From NCBI GenBank assembly GCA_951406725.2, contig OX597822.1:43482001-43544000 (forward strand): 62,000 nt of DNA, written 5' to 3'. This DNA comes from Octopus vulgaris. Taxonomy: Eukaryota. The translations under genes and the position numbers were made by a program. Shown one piece after another: positions 13,832 through 28,454 of the stretch. Below the pieces are notes generated by a model. It was not told the DNA's origin and ran no database searches. It saw nothing but the letters and a program-made list of their open reading frames with translations. How positions within the stretch are numbered: position 1 is the first letter of the stretch; every line of letters begins with the position of its first letter.

Positions 13832-14749
13832 AGTGTGTGTGTGTGTACCAATGAAGAAATAAGTGATATAGATATCCACTTTATACAGTTCAGCCGAGTA
13901 GCACTCTGATTGAGTTTCAGGAATATAAAATTAGGGAGAGGAGAAAACAAATTCAACGGTCGATGTATGTATTCATTCAATTCATATTAACGAAATTCTC
14001 CATAGTATACAAGGTACATACATAGATGCATTCATCTATATGAAATATACAAAATTTCTAAGACTTTATAAATATATAAAAATCCATACACATATAAAAA
14101 CTATAAACACATAAAAATTCATAAATACAAATATATAAAAAGCCTAGGTCCGTAATTGTACTTGCGAAGTCCAAAGGAAGAAGGTCATAAAGCGGGTGTA
14201 AAATGATTCATAAGATACATACATGCATCTATGTATGTACCTTGTATACTATGGAGAATTTCGTTAATATGGATTGAATAAATGTATACATAGGCCTTTG
14301 AATTTGTTTTCTCCTACCCTTAATTATATATATATATGTACCTCTATAGATATGTACACATAGGTATATTCATGTATGCGGCGATTGTTAATATATATAT
14401 CTGTACGAGTGTGCATATATATATATATATATATGTTCATGTTTGTGTATGAGTATATTTATTTGTATAAATGTCTAATATATATGTAGGCATATATCTA
14501 TATGAGGTTGAAGTTGCATATACATATATACGTATGTGAGTGTGTATATATTTATACATATACATGCTTATACATGTATATGTATATGCGTGTGTGTAGA
14601 GAGAGATGTCTATATGAGCATGTAAATGGATGTATGGGCATATCTCTCTCTCTCTGTATATATATATATATATGTATATACACATGTCAGTGTGAGTGTG
14701 TACGTATGTAGATTTTACGAACGCAGAAGGAACCTATTTATTCTGAGAT

Positions 14750-15025
14750 TGTGGTTGCGTGTAGTTTTTTATAATTCAAACATTTTTTAATATTTTATAT
14801 CTTTTATATTTTTCACGCCTATTAGAGTAACTTCCCCTTTATTCAACGGTTTTTTTTTCATAGCGTCTACCGTCAAAATAGCCGATGAAAATGTCTCGAA
14901 GCTCCTAGCTCCGGCATTTGAAACTCTGAGTTCTGTTATGACAACTTACTGATTGTCCTATACTATACTAAACAATACGATGCTATACTATACTATATTA
15001 TACTATACTATACTATACTACACTA

Positions 15026-15067
<42 letters not shown>

Positions 15068-15113
15068 TCCTCTATTATTTACATAATATCGAGGTCTCAT
15101 TTTTTTGTTGTCA

Positions 15114-15115
<2 letters not shown>
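14750..15115 (+). mobile_element. Penelope-like terminus with hammerhead-like motif (CCGAUGA core) at 14872-14942
   Basis: GTCAAAATAG-CCGATGA-AAATGTC...GGCATTT-GAAA-CTC t GAG-TT-CTGTTATGAC. Helix I pairs 9 of 10. Homolog at 25975-26220. Confidence 0.6.
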
Positions 15116-15200
<85 letters not shown>

Positions 15201-16877
15201 CATGTGTGTGTGTGTGCGATATGAGATCTTTAAGCTTTTACTTATTTGAATCATTGGATAAGAGAGTTGCTGGGAATCACGTTGAAGGGTTAATCGAAGA
15301 AAGCGACCTCAGTTCTTATTTTTGAAATCTGGCATTTATTCTACCGGTATCTTTTGCTGAACCGTTATGTTACAGGATCCTAAAGGAACTAACACCGGAT
15401 GTCACGTGATGAAATAAACAAACACACACAGGCACCCCTTCCCACGCCTATACAACCCAGATTCCATTTACAAAATTCACTCACAAGGCACGGTTATGTC
15501 AAGGATTATAGTAGAAGACATTGGTTCAAGCTCTGACACATTGGGGGAATGAATCCAAATCTAAGTGGCTGCAAATTTGAAGAGCGAACTTAGGTAGGAG
15601 TGGTTATAAAACATGTTATACATAGAAAAATTAGATAGATATCTAAATTGGACATGAAGATATGAAAACGTTAAAAAAAAAACGAAAAGAAAAGAAAACG
15701 AAATCGAAAAATGCAAATAATTCTGAGTGAGGTCAGTGAAGTGAAAACTATAATTTAAAAGTTTTAAAGGCCCTCTGCAGAAACTCTATGTCGATTCTAT
15801 AGCATGATTTAAGCGAAACTATTTAAAGTCAAAAGTGTTATAGAAAGATCGTATAATGATCCAATGGGAAGGTCGGGAAGTCTCAATGGTTCTAAGATAT
15901 TAACAAAGATCGTCAAATATATCCAAAATTATAATCATGATAAGAGTAAGAATTTACAGTAAATTGAAATAACTAAATTCATATTTGTTACTGGGGATGA
16001 AGCCTTGCAATAGAAAACGCCGTACACTATTTCAGGTTTTCATCAATGTTGTTCTCGCAAAACTAGGCCACATGGTTCAGTCCAAAATTCAGTATGCGAG
16101 AAGCAGTGCATCTGGGAAATCCTCAAATTTATATAGAGCTATTTTCCAGAGGTCATTAATAATATAAGGATATTGAATAGAAACATTCTGTAAGTTTGTT
16201 ATTCTTGTAAGAATTTCGTTTTGTTGGTTAACCAGCATAATGTGAAAACTGTCTCTGAAGCCAATAGAAATGAAAGACATGTAATTGTATAGACATCAAC
16301 AAATGTCTCATTAATGGCAACTGCATGGCAAAAGTAATACTATATAGGACTGAAGTCCCAGTTTATAATAGCCCGGTATCCAAAATTTTAGATGGGGCAA
16401 CAGAAAACCGTTTTAAGGCAATTATTTTACATGGAAAATAATTCATTTCAATAACCTATTTCTTTACTACCCATAAGGAGCTAAACACAGAGAGGACAAA
16501 CAAGAACAGACAAACGGATTAAGTCGATTATATCGATCCCAATGCGTAACTGGTACTTATTTAATCGACCCCGAAAGGATGAAGGGCAAAGTAGACGTCG
16601 GCGAAATTTGAACTCAGAACTAACCGACGCGTCAATCATAATCAGACGGGTATGTATTATCCAACATATTTCATAAATTTTGAAACGTCCGACCACCCCA
16701 AACTATCCAGTCAGCTTTAAATATATAGTCGATTATTTACCGAATAATTTATCCCTGCACCATTTATAAACGTTTATAAAAATTGACTGTAGTCAAATGA
16801 TCGGTTACGTGAAACTCAAACTAATAGATTTTTCAGCTGCAGGAAAAATACCGATGATTATGATGATGATAATGTTG

Positions 16878-16924
<47 letters not shown>

Positions 16925-17089
16925 AATAATAATAATGATAATAATAATTATAATTCACATACACATATATATGTGTATGTATATATGTATACATATATAT
17001 TTCACAAACTGTTAGTTTGTGGAATTTCTCAGCTTCAATAATATATGTATGTCTATATGCATGTATGTATGTATATATATATATGTATG

Positions 17090-17150
<61 letters not shown>

Positions 17151-17151
17151 G

Positions 17152-17212
<61 letters not shown>

Positions 17213-17219
17213 GTATATA

Positions 17220-17334
<115 letters not shown>

Positions 17335-18971
17335 CTGTGCGAGTACGTATAAAATATGTACGTATGTATATGGGGGTTCTATGTATATATACGTATATGC
17401 TCAACGGAATCAGTTGGGAAATTAACCTGATATTGCGTTATGAAAAATGCACCAAGGCAACATTGGAAAAAAATATCATGTTATATAAAGAAAACAAATA
17501 TGATAGTATTATTCCAAAAAACACTTAAAAATTATATGAATTAATGACCTAGACATTGTATAACACACGCAAATGGTTTGGAAAAAATATTATGGCCGCA
17601 TTAAATTCATACTTTAAAAAATATAAATGCAAAAAAAAAAATATATATATATATAAGGCAGTAATTCTTAATATTTTATCTAGGTGTTTAAGTAAGAAGT
17701 TACAGTTATAATATCGTGAACTGGAAGTTAAGGTGAATTAGTAAGACTAGACAGGAAAACATGAAATATAATGGCTACGTTTCGAATACATTATCTAAAA
17801 ATCTGACATAGAAATATATTTATCAAGAATACAAGGAGGGTGAGGTATTTTGTAAACAATCACAAAAACTTGAACAAATAAACAAGAACTATTTACTGTC
17901 TCCAGGGAAGTCAAGAAATGAGAAAAAAAGAGAAAAAAAATGAAGTCAGATGAAGTAACAGATATTTGTGAGTAAAAACGGTAAAACAACAACAGAAAAT
18001 ATCTTGCAAAAAACAAGAAATAAGAACTAAATTGAAATTGGCATTATGAAATATCAGACGGTGGTTAGAAAAGTCTAAAAGTTATCATATCGCAGCCAAT
18101 ATGTGACAAACGCAGAGCAGAGAGGTTTCAGAGAATGGCAAACTGAACACATTATAGAATATTAAGATTATCAGAGAGGAGGAGATTAACGTTAATCGCA
18201 CCAAACAATGCTGTCAAGGACCACCAGATAATCAAGACTTCCTTATATACGTGTCAAATGCAGGCCGTATGGTAAAAAAATGTTTCTAACGTAACAACGC
18301 CATCCTCAGTTCGGTTCCGCTGCACAACCTACGATTGTTAATGAGATTAAGTAAACCTGAACTGTGACGACCCTCGTATACACACATACACACACACACA
18401 CACACAGACACACACACACACACACACACACATACACACACGCACACGCACGCACACACACATGCATACACACACACAAACATACATACATAGATACATA
18501 CTGGCGTAGCAAGATACATACCAACACGTCTGAAGCAAAATATGGCTGAAATTGGGTTCTTGGGGGAGAATATGGAAATCCTTAATTCATGCTCTAAAAA
18601 TGATCACGATATGTAACAAAATAAAAATCTGCAAGACCTCCTTAAGATGTAATGGACAATGAACAAAACAAAATTCTTACCTTCACAACCTTGCTACCAA
18701 GTAGTTAGCCAACCAAAATTTAAAAAGAAAAAGTGTAAATCCATCCAACCATCCATCTATACCTAGCTAGCTAGCTAGCTACCTACCTACGTACCTACGT
18801 ACCTACCTACCTACCTACATACCTACCTACCTACCTTCCTACCTACCTACCTACCTACCTACCTACCTACCTACCTACCTACCTACCTACCTACCTACCT
18901 ACCTACCTACCTACCTACATACTTACCTACCTACCTACCTACCTACCTACCTACCTACATACCTACTTACC

Positions 18972-19011
<40 letters not shown>

Positions 19012-19235
19012 ATCAATATAGGGTGGCAAAAAAAAAATTTTGTAGAATTCTTTTGCCACCAGCGGCCTAGTAGGAAAAAATTAAATAGTCATAAACCATT
19101 TTTACGTTCAACATCACAATCAAGGAACGGCCATAATAGGCCATTCACCCACTAGAAATAACAGCCAAAAGCTTTAACCGCAAAATAACATTAATTCCGT
19201 AAACCAGGAGAAAATTGAAAAACTTTTACCCTGTA

Positions 19236-19342
19236 ATTTCTTAGACGATGCACCGTTTCATCTACCGTTTAATGGTAAACTAACCTGATTAAATTAAATC
19301 AAGCCAATCCACCATAGGCCCTTAGACTCATCAGTAAGAAAT
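19236..19342 (-). ncRNA. Canonical type I hammerhead ribozyme, copy 1
   Basis: AUUUCUUA-CUGAUGA-GUCUA[long stem]UAGAU-GAAA-CGG ugca UCG-UC^UAAGAAAU. All core nucleotides are present, helix I is 8 bp, the GUC triplet ends at plus-coordinate 19244. Confidence 0.9.
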
Positions 19343-19726
19343 AGCCAAGTCGGAACAGATATTTTTCACGAGGCATTCCTCTTGCTACCTCGGCAATATC
19401 TGACCTAAAATTTTCAAATCGTCGCACTCGCGCCAAATTTATCGGCAGCAAATAAATATAAGCCACCGATTCCATTACGGAACTAACCAGAAAATTCATA
19501 ATTAATCAATATAGGGTGGCAAAAAAAATTTTGTAGAATTCTTTTGCCACCAGCGGCCTAGTAGGAAAAAATTAAATAGTCATAAACCATTTTTACGTTC
19601 AACATCACAATCAAGGAACGGCCATAATAGGCCATTCACCCACTAGAAATAACAGCCAAAAGCTTTAACCGCAAAATAACATTAATTCCGTAAACCAGGA
19701 GAAAATTGAAAAACTTTTACCCTGTA

Positions 19727-19833
19727 ATTTCTTAGACGATGCACCGTTTCATCTACCGTTTAATGGTAAACTAACCTGATTAAATTAAATCAAGCCAATC
19801 CACCATAGGCCCTTAGACTCATCAGTAAGAAAT
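19727..19833 (-). ncRNA. Canonical type I hammerhead ribozyme, copy 2
   Basis: Same sequence as copy 1, shifted 491 bp. Cleavage falls 3' of the C at plus-coordinate 19735. Confidence 0.9.
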
Positions 19834-19991
19834 AGCCAAGTCGGAACAGATATTTTTCACGAGGCATTCCTCTTGCTACCTCGGCAATATCTGACCTAAA
19901 ATTTTCAAATCGTCGCACTCGCGCCAAATTTATCGGCAGCAAATAAATATAAGCCACCGATTCCATTACGGAACTAACCAGAAAATTCATA

Positions 19992-20024
<33 letters not shown>

Positions 20025-20429
20025 TATTTTTACAAAAAGAGGAGTGACAGTGACTTCGCAGTTTCTCGTGCTCCATTATGACCGCAGTTCTCTTGAACTA
20101 ATTATTGAATAAAAGCATCTAAGTGCATATGTACACACCCAACATACATACATACACACACACGTATACATATATATTGATAGATAGATATACACATGAA
20201 TGTATGTTCGCATGTATGGTAATATGTATGTGTCTATATATATATATATATCAAGGCATAGATTCACATATGCATACCATAGTATATGATTATAGACTTA
20301 ACAAAGGAGTCTATCATTGACGGATTGGTGATCATTCTCGTTTTTAATCATCATCGCCATTATTGCCGCCATTTCTCAGAGATTTCTCTGTGCAGCTCTG
20401 GACGTAATGTTGTCTTTGATGGCTTTTAT

Positions 20430-20780
20430 CCATTGTCTATACCACAAAAGAATGCCCTAGACTTGCCCAAAACCACTACAAGTTGTGGCGACATGATTAG
20501 GTAGCGGAAGTGATACGTTGGAAATTGTGCAAAACGTGGGGAGCAGAGAAGGGCAAGATGTGGTATGAACATAAACCGCACAGTGTAGCAGAGTCGGAGT
20601 CTAGCGACATTCTTGGGGATTTCCCAATCCAAACAGATCACGTGATAGAGCATAACAGACCGGACCAAGTTGTAGTGGATAAGGTGCACCACATCTGCTA
20701 TATAGTTGATGTTTTATGCCCGATTGATCCACGAATAGTCAAGAAGGAAGGCGAAAAAATAGATAAATATACCATCTTAA
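20430..20780 (+). mobile_element. R4/Dong/NeSL-like LINE fragment, restriction-like endonuclease domain
   Basis: ECPRLAQNHYKLWRHD*VAEVIRWKLCK...DFPIQTDHVIEHNRPDQVVVDK...IVDVLCPIDPRIVKKEGEKIDKY (RHD, PD..D and K motifs). Confidence 0.8.
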
Positions 20781-20865
20781 GTATGTCTGTATTTGTGTTT
20801 GTATATATATGTGTTTATATGTTTGTGTGTGTTGTGTGTGTGTTGCGCGTGTGTGTGTGATGTGA

Positions 20866-20915
<50 letters not shown>

Positions 20916-21160
20916 CTGTGTGTGTAACGATATAAATTTTACTTCAGTAGCGAAAGAACGTATAGTATGTTGAACTTAGTAAGCCTGCAACGCATGCAAG
21001 ATCCCAGGAGCTCCAACTAAACCTGTGATAAAGGGTTTTGGTGATATTATGGTGAAAGTAACAACAACAATATTAATAATTATAATCATAATAAAGAACA
21101 TGTATGATTATCGATATAGCAACAACAACAACAATAATAATGATAATAATAATAATAATG

Positions 21161-21212
<52 letters not shown>

Positions 21213-21240
21213 TAATAAAGATAATAATAATAATAATAAC

Positions 21241-21284
<44 letters not shown>

Positions 21285-21320
21285 TAATAATGATGATGAT
21301 GATGATGATCTTGTTGATGT

Positions 21321-21360
<40 letters not shown>

Positions 21361-22083
21361 ATTATCCGCTGTGGTCAGCTGACACTTTCCATCAGCTGAC
21401 ACTTTCCCAGCAAAATAAGCTGAGAGTTTTCATCAAAATAATAATAATGACCCCACTGTTTAACTGGTAATTATTTTATCGGTTCCCGAAAGCAATTGAA
21501 GGCAAAGTTAACTTCGGCGGAATTTGAACTCAGAACACAAAGAGGACAAGACAATAACAACAACAACAACAGTAAGAAGAATAAGAAGACGAAGAAAAAG
21601 AAGAAGAAAGAAAGAAAGAAAGATAGAAAATAAAAAAGATGTAGATGAAGAACAACAACAAGAAGAAAACGATAAAAAGAAAAAGCGGAAAATGAAAAGA
21701 AAGAGGAATATATGACAAATGAAGAGGATGCAACCGAAGAAAGACAAAAAAGAAAAAAGGAAGAGAGATATGTAGAGAAAAAAGGAGAGGAGAAAAAGAT
21801 GGCGGTTGTCTGTTAGGTAGATACATGTCGGAAACAATATTAATAATTATAATTATAATAAAGAACATGTATGATTATCGATATAGCATGCCCCGGTGAC
21901 AACAGGATCAATGTGAAAGAAGAAGAATAAATAAACAACCACGAGATTGAGTGAGAGAGAGAGAGAAAGAGAGAGACAGAGTTAGATAGATAGATTAATA
22001 GATTGACAGAGAGAGAAAGAAAGAGTGACAGCAAAAAGGAACGGTTAGCTTGACATAAAATGTATAGTCACTTATTCTGTAAT

Positions 22084-22166
<83 letters not shown>

Positions 22167-22178
22167 GTTTATATTGTA

Positions 22179-22612
22179 CTAGCAGCATAGCCCGGCGTTG
22201 CCCGGGTATGTAAGAGCCCCTAGTAGGCAACGACTAATCCCAATCTAGTCCTTTCCCTCTAGGGAACGAAGGCGCATGTGTAGGTTGCAATGTCTTCTCT
22301 TCACTCGAATACTTCTGTGTAAACGATGTTCTTAGCTGTCCCTTTGGGCGATAAAAAGGTCGAGTTGTGTCCCCTAGACAGAAAATGTGTTGCATATAAA
22401 AAGCTTAGATTCTCGACCCCATGTCGAATTTATCGATTGTTTTCAGAACTGGGGGAACTTTTCAAAATTTTCACTGCGCTAGTTTTGAATTATGACATTG
22501 GGTTATGTGTGTCAAGTTTCATCAGAATCGGTTGAAAGCCGTGGTCAGGGTGAGGGTACAACCTGACAGACACACAGACACACAGACAGACAAACTGCCG
22601 TTTATATATAGA
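22179..22612 (-). mobile_element. Non-autonomous Helitron (second subfamily, with subterminal GTCT/GTGT microsatellite)
   Basis: Minus strand starts TCTATATATAAAC and ends with hairpin CCCGGGCAACGCCGGG plus CTAG. Confidence 0.75.
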
Positions 22613-23016
22613 GAGATACGCGTGTAAGCGTATGTTTGAGAGTGTGTGGCAGTGTCTGTGTCTCAATATGTGTATGTATGTGTGTATGTATATATAGTTT
22701 ACTGTTCCGTTATAGATAGGACCAAGTAAAACAGTTCTCCATATATATATTTACGTATATATTCCATTCACACTGAAATCATACTAAAACAAGTCTTTTC
22801 TTCTTTTACAAAAAAAGGTTCATCTTATACATAAAACCTTTCATTCATTACATAGACATCACAAATGACATTTGCAAAGAGATAGAAAACGTCGCTGCAA
22901 TGAAAATGTAGGCTTTCGAAAAATGTCTGCATCATAGAGCATATCAATATGAGAAACAAAACTACACACACACACACACACATATATATATACATATATA
23001 TACATATACACACACA

Positions 23017-23052
<36 letters not shown>

Positions 23053-23097
23053 TATATATACATACATATATATATATATACATACATATATATATAC

Positions 23098-23162
<65 letters not shown>

Positions 23163-23326
23163 TGTGTTGATTCAGCAGCAGCGACAATTTAGATGACTCA
23201 ATACAAATGTAGAGTCTTCTTTAATGCATTATAACTGCAAGGCTTCGATTTCCAGTACTCAGTACTATTTGTTTCCAATCACTAGTAGGTAAACCGTGCC
23301 TGGTTTTCTTTTCAACATCCACTGTC

Positions 23327-23361
<35 letters not shown>

Positions 23362-23622
23362 CCATATTTGATTTGAAATGAAAAACGCGAGCGTGAATCA
23401 TTGGTTTTTTGTCACATGTCGTTCACAAAGTTTTTTTTTTTTTTACGAAAGAACATAAAGATAAGCAATTCTTCTAATTCCATTTCATTTCATACTTCAA
23501 GAATTACTCTGACTATGAATATTCAGAAGAAGACCAGACCCGCTTTACCAGCTGGTGATTGGAGACGAGCAACTTGGAATACTGGAAATCGAATAGTTTC
23601 ACTTATTACGTATGTATGTATA

Positions 23623-23797
23623 GGCGTAGGAGTGGCTGTGCGGTAAGTAGCTTGCTTACGAACCACATGGTTCCGAGTTCAGTCCCACTGCGTGGCACCT
23701 TGGGCAAGTGTCTTCTATTATAGCCTCTTGCCGACCAAAGCCTTGCGAGTGGATTTGGTAGACGGAAACTGAAAGAAGCCCGTCGTATATATGTATG

Positions 23798-23873
<76 letters not shown>

Positions 23874-24030
23874 TGTGTGCGTGTGTGTGCGTGTGTGTGT
23901 GTATCTTTGTGTGTCTGTGTTTGTTCCCCAACATCGCTTGACAACCGATGTTGGTGTGTTTACGTCCCCGTAACTTAGCAGCAAAAGAGAATGATAGAAT
24001 AAGTACTAGGCTTCCAAAGAATAAGTCAGC
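23623..24030 (+). mobile_element. Well-preserved SINE family A copy
   Basis: A box TGGCTGTGCGG, B box GTTCAGTCC, CORE-like GGCACCTTGGGCAAGTG, internal (TA)n(TG)n, 3' half truncated at the transposon relic. Confidence 0.85.
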
Positions 24031-24034
24031 AATG

Positions 24035-24735
<701 letters not shown>

Positions 24736-25542
24736 CATCCAACCGACATGAATTTACCATTGGGCTATTACTTTCTGTTCGCAATCTTAGCGACCAAAAC
24801 AATTTGGCAATCAATACCTTAACGTCCTTTAGTCCATACATCGATGACAACAGCACTAGCAATTAATGTAAATTTTTGAAAAGCACAATGAAAAATTCTA
24901 TCTCGATGTGATATCAAAATCTTTAGAAGTGATCATTACCACTATCACTGGCACTTTTGCAATTATAGGAAAAGGGCATACTCAATTCTGAGTATATAAT
25001 TTATTGGAATGAAAGTTTGTAAATTATATGATGATAAACTATATTCTTATATTTTGAAATGCTTCTGGTTAAAGGTGATGACAACATCGATACAGCAAAT
25101 TGTCTATCATGAGTACAGACGTGGCTGATAATACCGAATCAATATAGGCAGTTCTGGCAGCACTGAGCAGAATGAAGGTGACCTCAAACAACACATACAT
25201 ACGGTTGATGACGATGGCCATGCCTCTCTTCATGAGGTTTCTTGCGTTAGGTTTCAGAGAGCACAGCTCCAGCATCACTCACAGAATTCTATGCCTTCCA
25301 ATTGGAAGCCAGGACTTGCACTGGAATTAAAAGGGTAAAACGTGATAGTATAATATTTACAGCACAAATATCTCCCTTTATTGAATTTCTATTTACAAAC
25401 TTATGTCATCTATCATTCATAGAAAATACCAAAAAAGTTTACATTAAAGAATGGCGCTGCAAGTACACAAGCATACGTTTAAAACATTAATACGTTTAAT
25501 ACATCATAAGATGTTTTTCCTTTGGCTTTGTTTTATATTTCC

Positions 25543-25644
<102 letters not shown>

Positions 25645-26212
25645 CATCTATCTATCTATGTATCTATCTATCTATATACGTATATTTATATGTACAGATA
25701 TCTAAATATCTATGTATTATGTTATGTGTATGTATGCAAATACCTCTATAAATATAAGTATGAAGTTACGTACACATACACACAGACACACACACACACA
25801 CGCACACACACATATATACATGTGTGCGCGTGTGTGTGTGTGGATATGTGTGTATGTATGAGTACGTACATACGTATATGTTTGTGTCTGTATGTGCATG
25901 TACGTATACATGTTTGTGTGTGTATGGATAAAGACGTTATGAATGCAGGTGGTTTATGTCAATGTATTATAAGAATATGGTTGCGTGTATGTTTTTGTTT
26001 TTTTCTTTTTCTACCTATTAGAGTGACTTCCCTTTTATTCAATGGTTTCATAGCATCTGTGCCATTAATACCCGACGAAAAATGCATCGCAGCTCTTCGT
26101 TCCGACATTCGAAACTCCGAGTATTATAACAACTTATTGTTTGTTCTAAATTATGACATATATAAATAATCATCTATTTATCAATTAATCGTGGTCTCAT
26201 ACTTTTGTTGTT

Positions 26213-26319
<107 letters not shown>

Positions 26320-26384
26320 GTTATTATTATTATTATTATTATTATCATTTATCATTATATATATTTATATATATATAAATACAA

Positions 26385-26417
<33 letters not shown>

Positions 26418-26879
26418 CGTGTGTGTGTGTATGGGGATACGTATATACATGTAGATATGTGTAACATGTACTCACATCCACATTTTTATCTGTCTATAGT
26501 CATTTAGTAACCATATACAGCAGAAATTTTCTTTAGTATTATATAAACACGATGCTTGGCATCTATTAACTGGCTTATAGTAGCATCTTTTGTATTTTCT
26601 CGTGTAAATGACAATCTGTTGACCATTTCAAAAGACACACTTAACCGACAGACATAACCCGACCTCTGACAACCGATTATTTCCCGAAGATTCACATAGG
26701 AAATAAAGAAAACTTGAGTAGCGTAAGAGTAATTATTACTCTACGCGTTTCTATAAACACTGCTACAGATATTGATTAATAACCCCCTCACTTGCGCATG
26801 CATTACATTACAAAAGCACGTAGAAAAAAGGTCAATCTACTGGCACCCGGGTACTTGAAAGTTAAATAATTAGAACTCT

Positions 26880-27210
26880 AGGCACCCTCTTCGCTTACGA
26901 CGACGAGGGTTCCAGTTAATCCGATCAACGGAACAAGCCTGCTCATGAAATTAATGTGCAAGTGGCTGAGCACTCCACAGACGCGTGTACCTTTATCATA
27001 GTTCTCGGGGATATTCAACGTGACACAGAGTGTGACAAGGCCGGCCCTTTGAATTACAGGGACAACAGAAAAAGGAAGTAAGAGTGAGTACAGCAGGGTT
27101 CGCCACCATCCCCTGCAGGGGCCTCGTGGAGCTTTAGGTGTTTTCGCTCAATAAACACTCACAACGCCCGGTCTGAGAATCGAAACCGCTAGGCCATTGC
27201 GCCTCTACAT
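26880..27210 (-). mobile_element. SINE family C copy
   Basis: Reverse-complement homology to 12050-12417. Confidence 0.75.
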
Positions 27211-27709
27211 TTATAACAATGTAAGCTAGCTAGAAAGAGGAGTAAATAATTAGATAGACAGGCAGGTCAATGGATTTCGTACATGTGACAATAGTTAGAT
27301 AAATTGAAAAGTGATAGAGCAGGGAAGGCAGTTTCCCTAGTCGAAAGATGCTCTGACATAGAATTTGTAGTCGAAATAATAGTGGTAGTTTGTTAATGGA
27401 AGCTACAATGGCGACCGTTGCAGAATCTTTTGTCGCTGAAACCTAACGATGTACAGTTGTCTCACTATCAAGTGAGACAACTATCACCTGACTTAATGTG
27501 GGCAGTCATCATATATATATATCGTTCAAATACACATACACACATCAATAAAGTAGAAAATTGGATTCAGTGAATCAAGAGAAACTCGCGGTAAGCATCT
27601 CATACATACATGAATGCCTAAATAATACATATATACATACATACATACATTCAAACATATATACATACGCATACACGCACAAATATATATATATATATAC
27701 ATCCACTTG

Positions 27710-27846
<137 letters not shown>

Positions 27847-27893
27847 GTCTATATCTATCTATCTATCTATCTATATATCTATTTATGTATCTA

Positions 27894-27968
<75 letters not shown>

Positions 27969-28417
27969 TTACCTACACAGGGTCACAGATACACACATAT
28001 ATAAATCTAAATGTGCCAAGCTATCTTCTATCTACCTATCTCTTTCTATATATCTATATAAACAGAGAAAGATCGAGAGTAGGAGAGAAGACATATGTAA
28101 ATACACACACACACGCACACGCACACACATGAACTGTAGCTAATTAAACCATTCATCTATATCAAACACATTCGAAATATAGTCTGAAAAGAAATTTGTA
28201 GACTTTTCCAAGAGTCGATACTTTAAAAGTGTTGATTAGTAATATATTTGTATCCTTGTGTAGATAATGTAATGTATTGATATTCACACTTTTGTTAGTT
28301 TGATTAAAGAAGTTCGAAAAATACCGTATTTTTCTGACATTATTCTGACGGTAATGTGCAGTAAATACACACAGACAGATAGACAGCCAGCCAGCCAGCC
28401 AGACAGACAGACAGACA

Positions 28418-28454
<37 letters not shown>

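Larger units (their letters stand above)
19009..19992 (-). mobile_element. Head-to-tail dimer of a ~491-bp hammerhead-containing unit (putative non-LTR retrozyme)
   Basis: Units 19009-19501 and 19502-19992 appear identical apart from an A10 versus A8 run. Embedded in (TA)n, no meaningful ORF, one canonical hammerhead per unit. Confidence 0.85.

Noticed and set aside
19299-19499. 66-aa ORF repeated in each 491-bp unit
   Set aside because: No recognisable domain, it overlaps the ribozyme and hairpins, and its identity between copies just reflects the duplication. The unit length is not a multiple of 3 and stops exist, so endless rolling-circle translation is not supported.
19009-19992. Interpretation as CRISPR array or simple satellite
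   Set aside because: No spacers or cas genes, eukaryotic context, only two units, and a dispersed homolog with a full ribozyme fits a retrozyme better.
23500-23552. Micro-exon candidate AG|NYSDYEYSEEDQTRFTS|GTGATT
   Set aside because: Too short with a weak donor; indistinguishable from chance without RNA data.
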